From Clostridia bacterium (GTDB lineage Bacteria; Bacillota; Clostridia; UBA1381; UMGS1253), in the NCBI GenBank assembly GCA_045578865.1, contig JAZNLB010000003.1, forward strand, positions 559-64,558: a DNA stretch of 64,000 nt, in the 5' to 3' direction. The notes beneath the pieces are model-generated. The model was given only the letters and a program-made list of their open reading frames with translations. It did no database searches and was not told where the DNA came from. Below, in pieces: positions 1 to 8,048 of the stretch (positions are counted from its first letter, which is position 1; every line of letters starts with the position of its first letter). The position numbers and the translations under genes were made by a program.

Positions 1-390
1 TAAAATATCAGCACATAAATCTCCTGTTACTGTAACATAATCTGCAGTCCAGGAGTAACCTGAGGCATTTATGAGGCCTGGGTTTAAGCCTAATATAACA
101 TGTGACTGAATTTCGCCCGCCTGCACATTTGTTGCATCTATGTCATGGCCATTGAGCAAATTAATGGTTTGTGCAATCATTTCCATGTGACCTAGTTCCT
201 CGGCGGCGATATCTAGAAACAAGTCTTTAATTTCGGGATCTTTAATACGAAAACTTTGTGACATGTACTGCATAGCCGCTTTGAGTTCGCCATTTCCGCC
301 ACCGAGTTGTTCCTGGAGCAAAACAGCGTATTGTGGGTTTGCTTTTTCTACTTCTACAGGATGAAAAAGCATTTTTTCGTGTTTAAACAT
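1..390 (-). CDS. Manganese (di-Mn, non-haem) catalase, N-terminal part; gene runs off the left edge
   Basis: Absent from the ORF track because it is truncated. Reverse-strand ATG at 390-388, 8 nt after GGAGG. Translation MFKHEKMLFHPVEVEKANPQYAVLLQEQLGGGNGELKAAMQYMSQSF...FLDIAAEELGHMEMI matches the conserved Mn-catalase N-terminus, including the E-x-x-H ligand motif. Confidence 0.8.
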   Translation of the reverse strand, partial: MFKHEKMLFHPVEVEKANPQYAVLLQEQLGGGNGELKAAMQYMSQSFRIKDPEIKDLFLDIAAEELGHMEMIAQTINLLNGHDIDATNVQAGEIQSHVILGLNPGLINASGYSWTADYVTVTGDLCADIL

Positions 391-566
391 TTTCTTTACC
401 TCCAATTTATATAGTTTTATTTATTTTTGGCAGTTTCAGAAAAGTTATTCATAATGTTGTATAAATGTGGTTTTTGTACAGGCAAATTTTATAAGGAAGA
501 ATCACAATGAAAAGAACTTTAGCATTAGCACTCTGCATTTAGACCATTCTGCTTTTCCATATAGCG

Positions 567-742
567 AATTATTAATATCACCAGAACAACATTAGCGCTG
601 TCAAATTATTGACAAAACTTGATAAAATGAATATAATTGTAGTATTAGAAAGTGAGTATATTACAGATAGCAGTTTAAACGATGCCCATGTCTAGATTAT
701 AATCATACATAACGAGAGAAAAAATGGGAACAGCCTTAGGAT
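567..742. repeat. Copy 1 of a ~175-bp direct repeat (divergent promoter region plus first codons of a GGDEF-type ORF)
   Basis: Aligns almost without gaps (one 1-nt indel), roughly three-quarters identical by eye, with 4861-5038. Shared blocks include attaatatcacc, attgacaa, gtattagaaa..tgagtatattaca, gtttaaac, attataatcatacat and aaaaaatg.gaacagc. Confidence 0.85.
609..637 (+). promoter_or_regulatory. Sigma-A type promoter upstream of galT
   Basis: TTGACA (609-614), 17-nt spacer, TATAAT (632-637): perfect consensus hexamers. Confidence 0.6.
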
Positions 743-851
743 ACAAGTTATGAGGATATACCACTTTTGTGGTATGCTCGTTGGACCTTTGTCGCGCAGT
801 AAAAATATTTTATAAAGCACATTTAGAAATTTGCAGAAAGAGGGGATAGAA

Positions 852-2345
852 ATGATAAATAGAAGAATTGACAAGTTAATATCATACGGATTAATGACGG
901 GGCTTATATATGAAAATGATGTAATATATGTACGCAATAAAATTCTTACAAGACTCGGTTTGGATTCATATGAAGAAACAAACGAAAGCTGTGAATCCAT
1001 TAGTGAAATAAGCGGAATATTAAAGGATATTACAGATTTTGCTGTAGAAAGAGGAATAATTGAAGATAGTATCATATACAGAGATATTTTTGATACTGAG
1101 ATTATGGATATTCTGACACCGTATCCGTCTACGGTTATAAAAACTTTCAATGAAAAGCATGAAAAAAGTCCTAAAGAAGCAACAGATTACTTTTATAGCT
1201 TGTCGTGTGATAGTAATTATATTCGCCGAGACAGAATTAAAAAAGACATAAAATGGAATGTAGAGTCTGAATATGGCGAGATTGAAATAACGATTAATTG
1301 TTCAAAACCGGAAAAAGATCCAAAAGCAATAGCTGCTGCGAAACTTCAAAAACAGTCATCTTATCCCAAATGTCAACTTTGTATTGATAATGAGGGCTAT
1401 GGTGGAAGAGTAAATCATCCTGCGAGACAGAATCATAGGATTATCCCTGTTCAAATATGCGGAGAACAATGGGGATTTCAGTACTCACCTTATGTTTATT
1501 ATAATGAGCACTGCATTCTTCTTAATGCAAAACACACACCTATGATTATTGATAAATCTGTTTTTTCAAAACTGCTTGATTTCATCAGACAGTTTCCCCA
1601 TTACATTGTTGGGTCAAATGCTGATTTGCCTATTGTTGGCGGTTCAATTTTGACACACGAACATTTTCAGGGCGGTAATCATATTTTTGCAATGCACAGA
1701 GCAGAAAGTGAAAAGTTTTATGATATAAAAGGGTTTGAAGATGTTGAAATAAGTCGATTAAAGTGGCCGATGTCGGTTATTAGATTAAAGAGTGATGATA
1801 AAGATAAGGTAATTGAATTATCCGCCAGAATTTTAAATAGTTGGAGAAGTTATTCTGACGAAAGTGCGTTTATCTTTGCCGAAACAGAGGGTGAACCACA
1901 TAATACAATTACGCCTATTGCAAGTATGAGTGATGGTAAATATGTAATGGACTTGGTATTAAGAAATAACATTACAACCGAAGAACACCCATTAGGGGTT
2001 TATCATCCGCATAAAGAACTTCATAATATCAAAAAGGAAAATATTGGCTTGATTGAAGTTATGGGACTGGCGGTTTTGCCATCAAGACTTGTTGAGGAAA
2101 TGAATGCAGTTGCAGATGCTCTTGTAAATGGTTTGGATTTAAGCAAAAACGAAAAGACAAAAGCGCACAAGGAATGGGTTGAGAAATTTAAAAATAATTA
2201 TTCTGAAATAAATAGGGATAATGTGAATGAAATATTAAGACAGGAGATTGGCAAAACTTTTGTTACCGTTCTTGAACACGCAGCTGTGTATAAACGCGAT
2301 AAATCGGGAAAGGATGCATTTGATAAGTTTATAAATCAAATATAA
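852..2345 (+). CDS. galT: Galactose-1-phosphate uridylyltransferase (type 2, Firmicute-like)
   Basis: Track ORF 831-2345. I prefer the ATG at 852, which follows AGAGGGGA. Length is ~497 aa. Has the HIT-like motif LTHEHFQGG, and lies in an operon with galM and galK. Confidence 0.9.
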   Translation: MINRRIDKLISYGLMTGLIYENDVIYVRNKILTRLGLDSYEETNESCESISEISGILKDITDFAVERGIIEDSIIYRDIFDTEIMDILTPYPSTVIKTFNEKHEKSPKEATDYFYSLSCDSNYIRRDRIKKDIKWNVESEYGEIEITINCSKPEKDPKAIAAAKLQKQSSYPKCQLCIDNEGYGGRVNHPARQNHRIIPVQICGEQWGFQYSPYVYYNEHCILLNAKHTPMIIDKSVFSKLLDFIRQFPHYIVGSNADLPIVGGSILTHEHFQGGNHIFAMHRAESEKFYDIKGFEDVEISRLKWPMSVIRLKSDDKDKVIELSARILNSWRSYSDESAFIFAETEGEPHNTITPIASMSDGKYVMDLVLRNNITTEEHPLGVYHPHKELHNIKKENIGLIEVMGLAVLPSRLVEEMNAVADALVNGLDLSKNEKTKAHKEWVEKFKNNYSEINRDNVNEILRQEIGKTFVTVLEHAAVYKRDKSGKDAFDKFINQI

Positions 2346-2355
2346 GTGAGAAGAA

Positions 2356-3381
2356 ATGTATGTAGTTAAGACGAAAATCGGCTATTATAATCATGAGGAT
2401 ATTTGTTTATATACCATCGACAATAAAAAAGGTTTGTCAGCACAGATGCTTAATTATGGTGGTATAATAACTAAGCTCATTTATAATGGAGTAGATGTGG
2501 CGCTGGGGCACAACAATTTAGAGGAATACTTCGGCAATGACGGGTATTTCGGTGCGCTCATTGGCAGAAATGCTAATCGTATTGAAAACGCAGAATTTGA
2601 ACTCAATGGCAAAGTATACAACCTTTTTGCAAACGATGGAAAGAACAATCTGCATGGTGGAAAAGAAGGCTTTGATAAAAAAATATGGGATGTCACAATC
2701 GTTGATGAAGAAGAACCTTCGCTTGTTTTGTCTACTATAAGCAAGGACGGCGAAGAAGGCTTTCCGGGGAATGTGAACATACAGGTAACATATACACTAA
2801 CAAATGATAACTGTCTGAAAATTCATTATGTGGGTGAAAGTGATGCAGATACTGTGCTTAATATGACAAATCACACATATTTTAATCTAAATGGTCATTC
2901 AAGCGGAGTTGTTGATGACCATATGCTCTGGATTGACAGTGATTTTTATACTCCAATTTCAGATAAATGTATTCCAACCGGTGAAGTGCTTAGTGTAAAA
3001 AATACGCCATTTGATTTTTCTGCTGAAGATACCCTAAAAGAAAGATTGAAGTCAGAATACGAACAAATTAAAAAGTTCGGCGGTTTTGATCATAATTTTA
3101 TTCTCAATGGTCGAGGGTATAGAAAGGTTGGTAAATGCACAGGCAATAAGACTGGTATTGTTATGGAGATATATACCGACCAAAGTGGTATGCAGGTATA
3201 TTCAGGGAATGGGATAGATGAAAATCGTGTGTGCAAGGACGGCGTAACCTACGGTAAACATTGCGGAATATGTTTTGAAACTCAAAGCTTTCCAAACAGC
3301 ATGAAGATTACGCACTTCCCAAATGCAATTTTGAGAAAAGGCGAAAAGTACGACACGGTCACAACATATAAATTTATATAA
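2356..3381 (+). CDS. galM: Aldose 1-epimerase (galactose mutarotase)
   Basis: 341 aa with typical mutarotase blocks (GRNANRI, NLHGG..GFDKKIW, NMTNHTYFNL, GFDHNF). Sits between galT and galK. Confidence 0.85.
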   Translation: MYVVKTKIGYYNHEDICLYTIDNKKGLSAQMLNYGGIITKLIYNGVDVALGHNNLEEYFGNDGYFGALIGRNANRIENAEFELNGKVYNLFANDGKNNLHGGKEGFDKKIWDVTIVDEEEPSLVLSTISKDGEEGFPGNVNIQVTYTLTNDNCLKIHYVGESDADTVLNMTNHTYFNLNGHSSGVVDDHMLWIDSDFYTPISDKCIPTGEVLSVKNTPFDFSAEDTLKERLKSEYEQIKKFGGFDHNFILNGRGYRKVGKCTGNKTGIVMEIYTDQSGMQVYSGNGIDENRVCKDGVTYGKHCGICFETQSFPNSMKITHFPNAILRKGEKYDTVTTYKFI

Positions 3382-3406
3382 ATTCTGATATAAGGATGGG
3401 ATTCAT

Positions 3407-4591
3407 ATGACAGTTCAAGATATGAAAAAAATGTTTTTAGAGGTTTATGGTGGTGATGATTTAGAACTTCGTATATTTGAATCGCCGGGCAGAGTGAATC
3501 TTATTGGTGAGCATATTGACTATTGTGGCGGTTGTGTAATGCCGGCGGCACTTACAATGAAAACTACAATTATTGCAAGAAAAAGAAATGACGATGTTAT
3601 TCGTTTGAAAGCAACTGATTTGGATTTGATGGTTGAAACAACTATACCTGAAATGGCGAAACTCAAAGGTAAAATAAAATGGGGAGATTACCAAATAGGT
3701 GTGGCTTTGGAACTCATAAATGCCGGATATGATATTTGTGGTTGTGATTTATTATACGATGACACAGTTCCACATGGCGGCGGGCTTTCGTCATCTGCCG
3801 CAATAGAGGTATCTACTGCACTCATGTTTGCCACCTTTGCAAATGAAAAGACGGGAAGCAATAAAGAAATCGACATGATAGAAATGGCGTTGCTTTCGCA
3901 AAAAGCAGAACATAATTTTATTGATGTAAAATGCGGAATTATGGATCAGTTTGCATCTGCTATGGGAAAAGCAGACCATGCAATATATTTGAACTGTGCC
4001 ACATTGGAGTATGAGCACATACCGCTAAAAATGGACGGATACAAAATTGTGCTTACAAATACCAATGTAAAGCATTCTCTTGGCAGTTCCAAGTATAATG
4101 AAAGACGAAAAGAATGTGAAGAAGGCTTATCTGTATTAAAAACTGCCATGCCGAATATTAATCAGCTTGCTGATGTTTCACCTGAAAAATTTGAATTACA
4201 TAAAGACCTAATAGCAGATTTGATCGTGCAAAAACGCATAAAGCATGTTGTATATGAGTGCGACAGAGTTAAAAAGAGCGCCCAAGCTCTAAAAAACAAT
4301 GAAATTGATAAATTCGGGGAATTCATGAATGCTTCTCATAATTCTTTGCAATATGATTATGAGGTTACATGTCCTGAATTAGATTTTGTCGTACAGGAAG
4401 GAAGACAAATCGAGGGTGTTCTTGGAATAAGAATGACCGGGGCAGGATTTGGCGGCTGTACTGTGGCTATCATAAAGGATGAGAGCATTGATAAGTACAT
4501 TGAAATTGTTGGGACAAAATATAAAGAAAAATTTGGACACGAAGCTACATTTTATGTTACAGAAATAGGAGACGGCGGTAGAGAAATATAA
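3407..4591 (+). CDS. galK: Galactokinase
   Basis: 394 aa. Galactokinase signature GRVNLIGEHIDY and GHMP kinase motif PHGGGLSSSAA. Confidence 0.95.
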   Translation: MTVQDMKKMFLEVYGGDDLELRIFESPGRVNLIGEHIDYCGGCVMPAALTMKTTIIARKRNDDVIRLKATDLDLMVETTIPEMAKLKGKIKWGDYQIGVALELINAGYDICGCDLLYDDTVPHGGGLSSSAAIEVSTALMFATFANEKTGSNKEIDMIEMALLSQKAEHNFIDVKCGIMDQFASAMGKADHAIYLNCATLEYEHIPLKMDGYKIVLTNTNVKHSLGSSKYNERRKECEEGLSVLKTAMPNINQLADVSPEKFELHKDLIADLIVQKRIKHVVYECDRVKKSAQALKNNEIDKFGEFMNASHNSLQYDYEVTCPELDFVVQEGRQIEGVLGIRMTGAGFGGCTVAIIKDESIDKYIEIVGTKYKEKFGHEATFYVTEIGDGGREI

Positions 4592-4627
4592 AACAAAAGA
4601 AACTATAAAAATCATTTGGCTCGACCT

Positions 4628-4677
4628 AAAAGAATAGCACATGATTTGTTCAAAACAATCATGTGCTATTCTTTTTC
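4628..4677. terminator. Bidirectional intrinsic terminator between convergent galK and the XRE gene
   Basis: 16-bp perfect stem: agaatagcacatgatt (4631-4646) pairs with aatcatgtgctattct (4657-4672). Flanked by an A-run and a T-run. Confidence 0.8.
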
Positions 4678-4866
4678 AAACTTAATAATGTCTTCTACTT
4701 TGCAATCAAGTGCATAACAAAGGGCATCAAGAGTTTTGGTGCTGATTGCTTCACCCTTTTTTATTCTGTGGAGAGTGTTTGCAGAAAAACCTTGTTTAAA
4801 TATCAAAAAATATTCAGTTAATCCCTTTTTAAAAAGAGTATTATAAAAAGGTTTGTAACTAATCAT
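4666..4866 (-). CDS. Small XRE/Cro-type helix-turn-helix transcriptional regulator
   Basis: Track ORF 4666-4878. The ATG at 4866 follows GGTGA. Sequence ...FSANTLHRIKKGEAISTKTLDALCYALDCKVEDIIKF is a typical short HTH_XRE protein. Confidence 0.8.
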   Translation of the reverse strand: MISYKPFYNTLFKKGLTEYFLIFKQGFSANTLHRIKKGEAISTKTLDALCYALDCKVEDIIKFEKE

Positions 4867-5038
4867 TAATATCACCAAAACAATATTATCATACTTAAAG
4901 TATTGACAATACTCAACAAAATGAGTATAATCGTTGTATTAGAAAAATGAGTATATTACATTCAACGGTTTAAACTGTACCCATACCTACATTATAATCA
5001 TACATGAAGAGGGGAAAAAATGAGAACAGCATTGGGAT
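4861..5038. repeat. Copy 2 of the ~175-bp direct repeat (functional XRE/GGDEF divergent promoter region)
   Basis: See 567-742. This copy runs from the XRE start codon to the first ~6 codons of the GGDEF gene. Confidence 0.85.
4903..4931 (+). promoter_or_regulatory. Sigma-A type promoter of the GGDEF gene
   Basis: TTGACA (4903-4908), 17 nt, TATAAT (4926-4931). Paralogous to the promoter at 609-637. Confidence 0.6.
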
Positions 5039-5616
5039 TGACAGCGGTCATAACAATATTACTAATGATTATTATATTAAAACTTTTATTAAAAATTCGA
5101 GTTCTTCGCAAAAAAAATAAATATGTTGATGAAGCAAATATGTGGCATAGACTTGCCGTTACAGATGACTTAACAGGGATTTATAATAGAAATGCGTATA
5201 ACATATATATGGAGAGGGCCAAAGTAGACGCGAAACATAAAGAAAGGGGAATTATCCTTTTCGATGTTGATAATTTTAAAATAATCAATGACACACAAGG
5301 TCATCTGGCTGGAGATGCTGTGTTGAAGAATGTGGCGAAAAATCTTACGGAGGTTTTTTTAGAGCCTCAATATAGTGTTTTTCGTATAGGTGGAGATGAA
5401 TTTGCTGTTTTGTCCAAAGGCGTTTCAGAAAAGGAAATGATTGAACGGTTGATTATTTTAAGAAAGATACTCAACGATAATGGCGATATCAGTTTATCAA
5501 TAGGATATTCAATGATTAAAGATACGCAGGAGAAAGCATTTGGGTATGCAGATGATATGCTTTATGCGGATAAACTATCTAAAAAATTGCGAAACTGTCC
5601 TTTGGAGCCCACATGA
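5020..5616 (+). CDS. Membrane-anchored diguanylate cyclase (GGDEF domain)
   Basis: 198 aa. N-terminal hydrophobic helix (LTAVITILLMIIILKLLL), then a GGDEF domain with an intact RIGGDEF active-site motif and DDLTGIYNR. I see no RxxD I-site 5 residues upstream. Confidence 0.9.
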   Translation: MRTALGLTAVITILLMIIILKLLLKIRVLRKKNKYVDEANMWHRLAVTDDLTGIYNRNAYNIYMERAKVDAKHKERGIILFDVDNFKIINDTQGHLAGDAVLKNVAKNLTEVFLEPQYSVFRIGGDEFAVLSKGVSEKEMIERLIILRKILNDNGDISLSIGYSMIKDTQEKAFGYADDMLYADKLSKKLRNCPLEPT

Positions 5617-5695
5617 TTTTCCCATCAGTTTTAGTTAAAGTTTAAAATGTTGTGTCTCCTCAATAGACAAGAGAATAGGAAATTTTGTATGGCGA

Positions 5696-5729
5696 GTAAA
5701 GGCTCTCACAAAGTTGTGAGAGCCTTTAC
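5696..5729. terminator. Strong hairpin downstream of the GGDEF gene (probable terminator; T-tract poor)
   Basis: 15-bp perfect stem gtaaaggctctcaca / tgtgagagcctttac with loop aagt. It is not followed by a clear U-run. Confidence 0.45.
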
Positions 5730-5771
5730 TGTCTTTAACAGAGCAATTATAAAGAAGTGCTTTTTTAAGTT

Positions 5772-5847
5772 ATTTAGATAATTGTCTAAATAGGTGTTGA
5801 CAGGCAAGGGGTTTTGAGGTATACTATATTTAGATAATTATCTAAAT
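5772..5847 (+). promoter_or_regulatory. Promoter flanked by twin 20-bp palindromic operators (probable SdpR/ArsR autoregulatory sites)
   Basis: atttagataattgtctaaat (5772-5791) and atttagataattatctaaat (5828-5847) bracket TTGACA (5797-5802), 17 nt, TATACT (5820-5825). Confidence 0.7.
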
Positions 5848-5868
5848 GCTTTGAGGAGAGGTGGAATT

Positions 5869-6138
5869 ATGGGGATAAATGAAACATTAAAGGCGATTTC
5901 CGACCCGATGCGCCGCGAGATTTTACAGATACTCAGAGACGGAAGAAAATCCGCAGGTGAAATTGCCGAGCGGTTTGATTTAACGGGAGCGACGGTATCA
6001 TACCATTTGGCAAAATTAAAAAGTGCGGATTTGATTGCTGAGCAAAAACACAAAAACTTCATTTATTATGAACTCAATGCATCTGTATTTGAGGAAGTTT
6101 TGAGTTGGATTTATACTTTGGGAGGGAGACTAAAATGA
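5869..6138 (+). CDS. sdpR: ArsR-family autorepressor, SdpR-like
   Basis: Track ORF 5851-6138. ATG at 5869 after GAGGAGAGGTGG. Sequence ISDPMRREILQILRDGRKSAGEIAERFDLTGATVSYHLAKLKSADLI is an ArsR-type winged HTH. ATGA overlap with the downstream SdpI-like gene. Confidence 0.8.
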   Translation: MGINETLKAISDPMRREILQILRDGRKSAGEIAERFDLTGATVSYHLAKLKSADLIAEQKHKNFIYYELNASVFEEVLSWIYTLGGRLK

Positions 6139-6749
6139 AAAAGATTAAATGGAAATATATGATGTTGACCTGTACAATTTGCCTGCTGCCGATTATTTTT
6201 GGCATAATTTTATGGGACAAATTACCGCAGACCATTGCAATACATTTTAATTTATACAATGAGCCGGACGGGTTTACAACCAAAGGCTTTGCAGTATTCG
6301 GGCTGCCTGTTATGATGGCGTTTTTGCAGGCAATCAGCTGCCTGATTAACGATATTAACGCGTTCAAGTATGGCGAGCGCAAGAAATTTGAGCATGCAAC
6401 AAAATGGATTATTCCTATAATGTGTATACTTCTGCAAGCCGCAACGCTTGCGTACGCACTGGGCAGAGCCGTTGATATCCGCAGGGTTGCCTGCGGGATT
6501 GTCGGCGTGATATTTTTGGTAATCGGCAATTATTTGCCGAAACTCGATTATGTTAAAAGCTATGATCTTGATACGCAGAAGTCGAGAAAAATTAACCGTT
6601 TTATCGGTTATGAAAGTTTTGTGCTGGGGCTTTTGTTTATCCTCGGCATTTTTCTGCCGCCGGCATTTAATGTTGCGTGCCTACTGCTTTTAATTCCGTA
6701 TGCGATTGTTTCTGTGGTTTACAGTGTTTGGGTTATAAAAAGAGGATAA
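6135..6749 (+). CDS. sdpI: SdpI/YhfL-family integral membrane (immunity/signal) protein with DUF1648-like N-terminus
   Basis: ATG at 6135 after GGAGGGAG. Multi-pass membrane protein. N-terminus LPIIFGIILWDKLPQTIAIHFNLYNEPDGF is typical of the family. Coupled to an SdpR-like repressor. Confidence 0.7.
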   Translation: MKKIKWKYMMLTCTICLLPIIFGIILWDKLPQTIAIHFNLYNEPDGFTTKGFAVFGLPVMMAFLQAISCLINDINAFKYGERKKFEHATKWIIPIMCILLQAATLAYALGRAVDIRRVACGIVGVIFLVIGNYLPKLDYVKSYDLDTQKSRKINRFIGYESFVLGLLFILGIFLPPAFNVACLLLLIPYAIVSVVYSVWVIKRG

Positions 6750-6810
6750 CTTGCATAATTACATCCGAAGACGGACATACTTTCCGTATTAAAACAAAGG
6801 ATGTGAAAGC

Positions 6811-7245
6811 ATGGTAGAACCAGATACAATTAAACTTTTGCGTGAATGTGATGCGGGTGTGAAGATGGGGGTTTCCTCCATTGAAGAGGTGTTAGATTAT
6901 GTGGACAGTGATTCGCTCAAACAAATTCTCACGAAAAACAAAGAGGAGCATGACAAACTGGATGTGCAGATTCAGGCTCTTTTAGACACATACCGCGATG
7001 AAGGCAAAGAGCCTGCACCGATTGCCAAGGGTATGTCGTGGATGAAAACCAATTTTAAACTTGCGATGGACGAATCGGATGCAACGGTGGCAGATTTGAT
7101 GACAGACGGTTGCAACATGGGCGTAAAGTCGCTTTCCAAGTATTTAAACCAGTATGCGGCGGCGGACGAAAAAAGCAAGGACATCACAAAATCGCTCATT
7201 CATTTGGAAGAACAGTTGGCGGTGTCGCTTCGAGCGTACTTGTAA
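6811..7245 (+). CDS. Hypothetical all-helical protein (family not confidently recognised)
   Basis: 144-aa ORF with an AAAGGA RBS and its own terminator. Charged, helix-prone sequence with no diagnostic motif. Confidence 0.6.
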   Translation: MVEPDTIKLLRECDAGVKMGVSSIEEVLDYVDSDSLKQILTKNKEEHDKLDVQIQALLDTYRDEGKEPAPIAKGMSWMKTNFKLAMDESDATVADLMTDGCNMGVKSLSKYLNQYAAADEKSKDITKSLIHLEEQLAVSLRAYL

Positions 7246-7256
7246 AAAAGAAAAAA

Positions 7257-7290
7257 GCATCTAAGACAAAGGGCTTGGATGTTTTTTTCT
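7257..7290 (+). terminator. Intrinsic terminator
   Basis: Stem catctaag / cttggatg (8 bp including one G-U) followed by TTTTTTT (7282-7288). Confidence 0.6.
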
Positions 7291-7415
7291 TTTTGTGTTC
7301 CGGTCTTTGGGGGTGAATTGACAATCGGGGCATACTGTGATAACATTATACATAGATATTCAAATAATAAGCGAAGTTTAATTGTGCTTCTGCAATTAAG
7401 AAGGAGGACAACGGT

Positions 7416-7994
7416 ATGAATATTTGTGTATACGGAGCATCGAGTAACAGTATTGATAAAATTTATTTGGAGACTGCCTATACATTGGCGTCCAAAATGG
7501 CAAAACGCGGCCATACGCTTATATACGGCGGTGGCGGGAATGGTGTGATGGGCGCTTGTGCGCGCGGAGCAAACGATAATGGCGGCAAGATTGTTGGCAT
7601 TTCACCAAAATTTTTCACGGTGGATGGTGTGCTCTATGACAACTGTACGGAATTTATTTTCACTGAGACCATGCGAGAGAGAAAAAGGATTTTGGAAGAC
7701 CGTTCCGATGCCTTTGTAATTGCACCGGGTGGTATCGGCACCTTTGATGAGTTTTTTGAAATTTTAACGCTCAAACAACTAGAGCGCCATAATAAACCGA
7801 TTGCAATTTTCAATGTAAAGGGCTATTATGACTTGATGATTGAAATGCTCAACAAGACGGCGGAAGGCAAGTTTATGACGAAAAAAAGCTTAGAACTTTT
7901 CGAAGTGTTTGATGAGGCGGAGGACCTGCTCGACTATATTGAAAATTATGATGAAGCGCCGATAGACATCCGTGAGTTGAAGGATATCGGCTGA
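7416..7994 (+). CDS. LOG-family protein (TIGR00730 type; nucleotide 5'-monophosphate N-glycosidase / cytokinin riboside 5'-monophosphate phosphoribohydrolase-like)
   Basis: 192 aa. Signature motifs GGGGNGVMG and PGGIGTFDEFFE. RBS AAGGAGGA. Confidence 0.85.
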   Translation: MNICVYGASSNSIDKIYLETAYTLASKMAKRGHTLIYGGGGNGVMGACARGANDNGGKIVGISPKFFTVDGVLYDNCTEFIFTETMRERKRILEDRSDAFVIAPGGIGTFDEFFEILTLKQLERHNKPIAIFNVKGYYDLMIEMLNKTAEGKFMTKKSLELFEVFDEAEDLLDYIENYDEAPIDIRELKDIG

Positions 7995-8048
7995 TATTGA
8001 CTTTATACAAAGGATACAAATTGCAAACGAATGCGAGGGGGAAGAAAA

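Noticed and set aside
692-1150. 152-aa minus-strand ORF overlapping the 5' end of galT. Other small ORFs inside galM/galK: 2481-2780, 3461-4149 and 4379-4642.
   Set aside because: They are AT-rich antisense or shadow ORFs inside well-supported gal genes, with Ile/Leu/Ser/Phe-rich composition.
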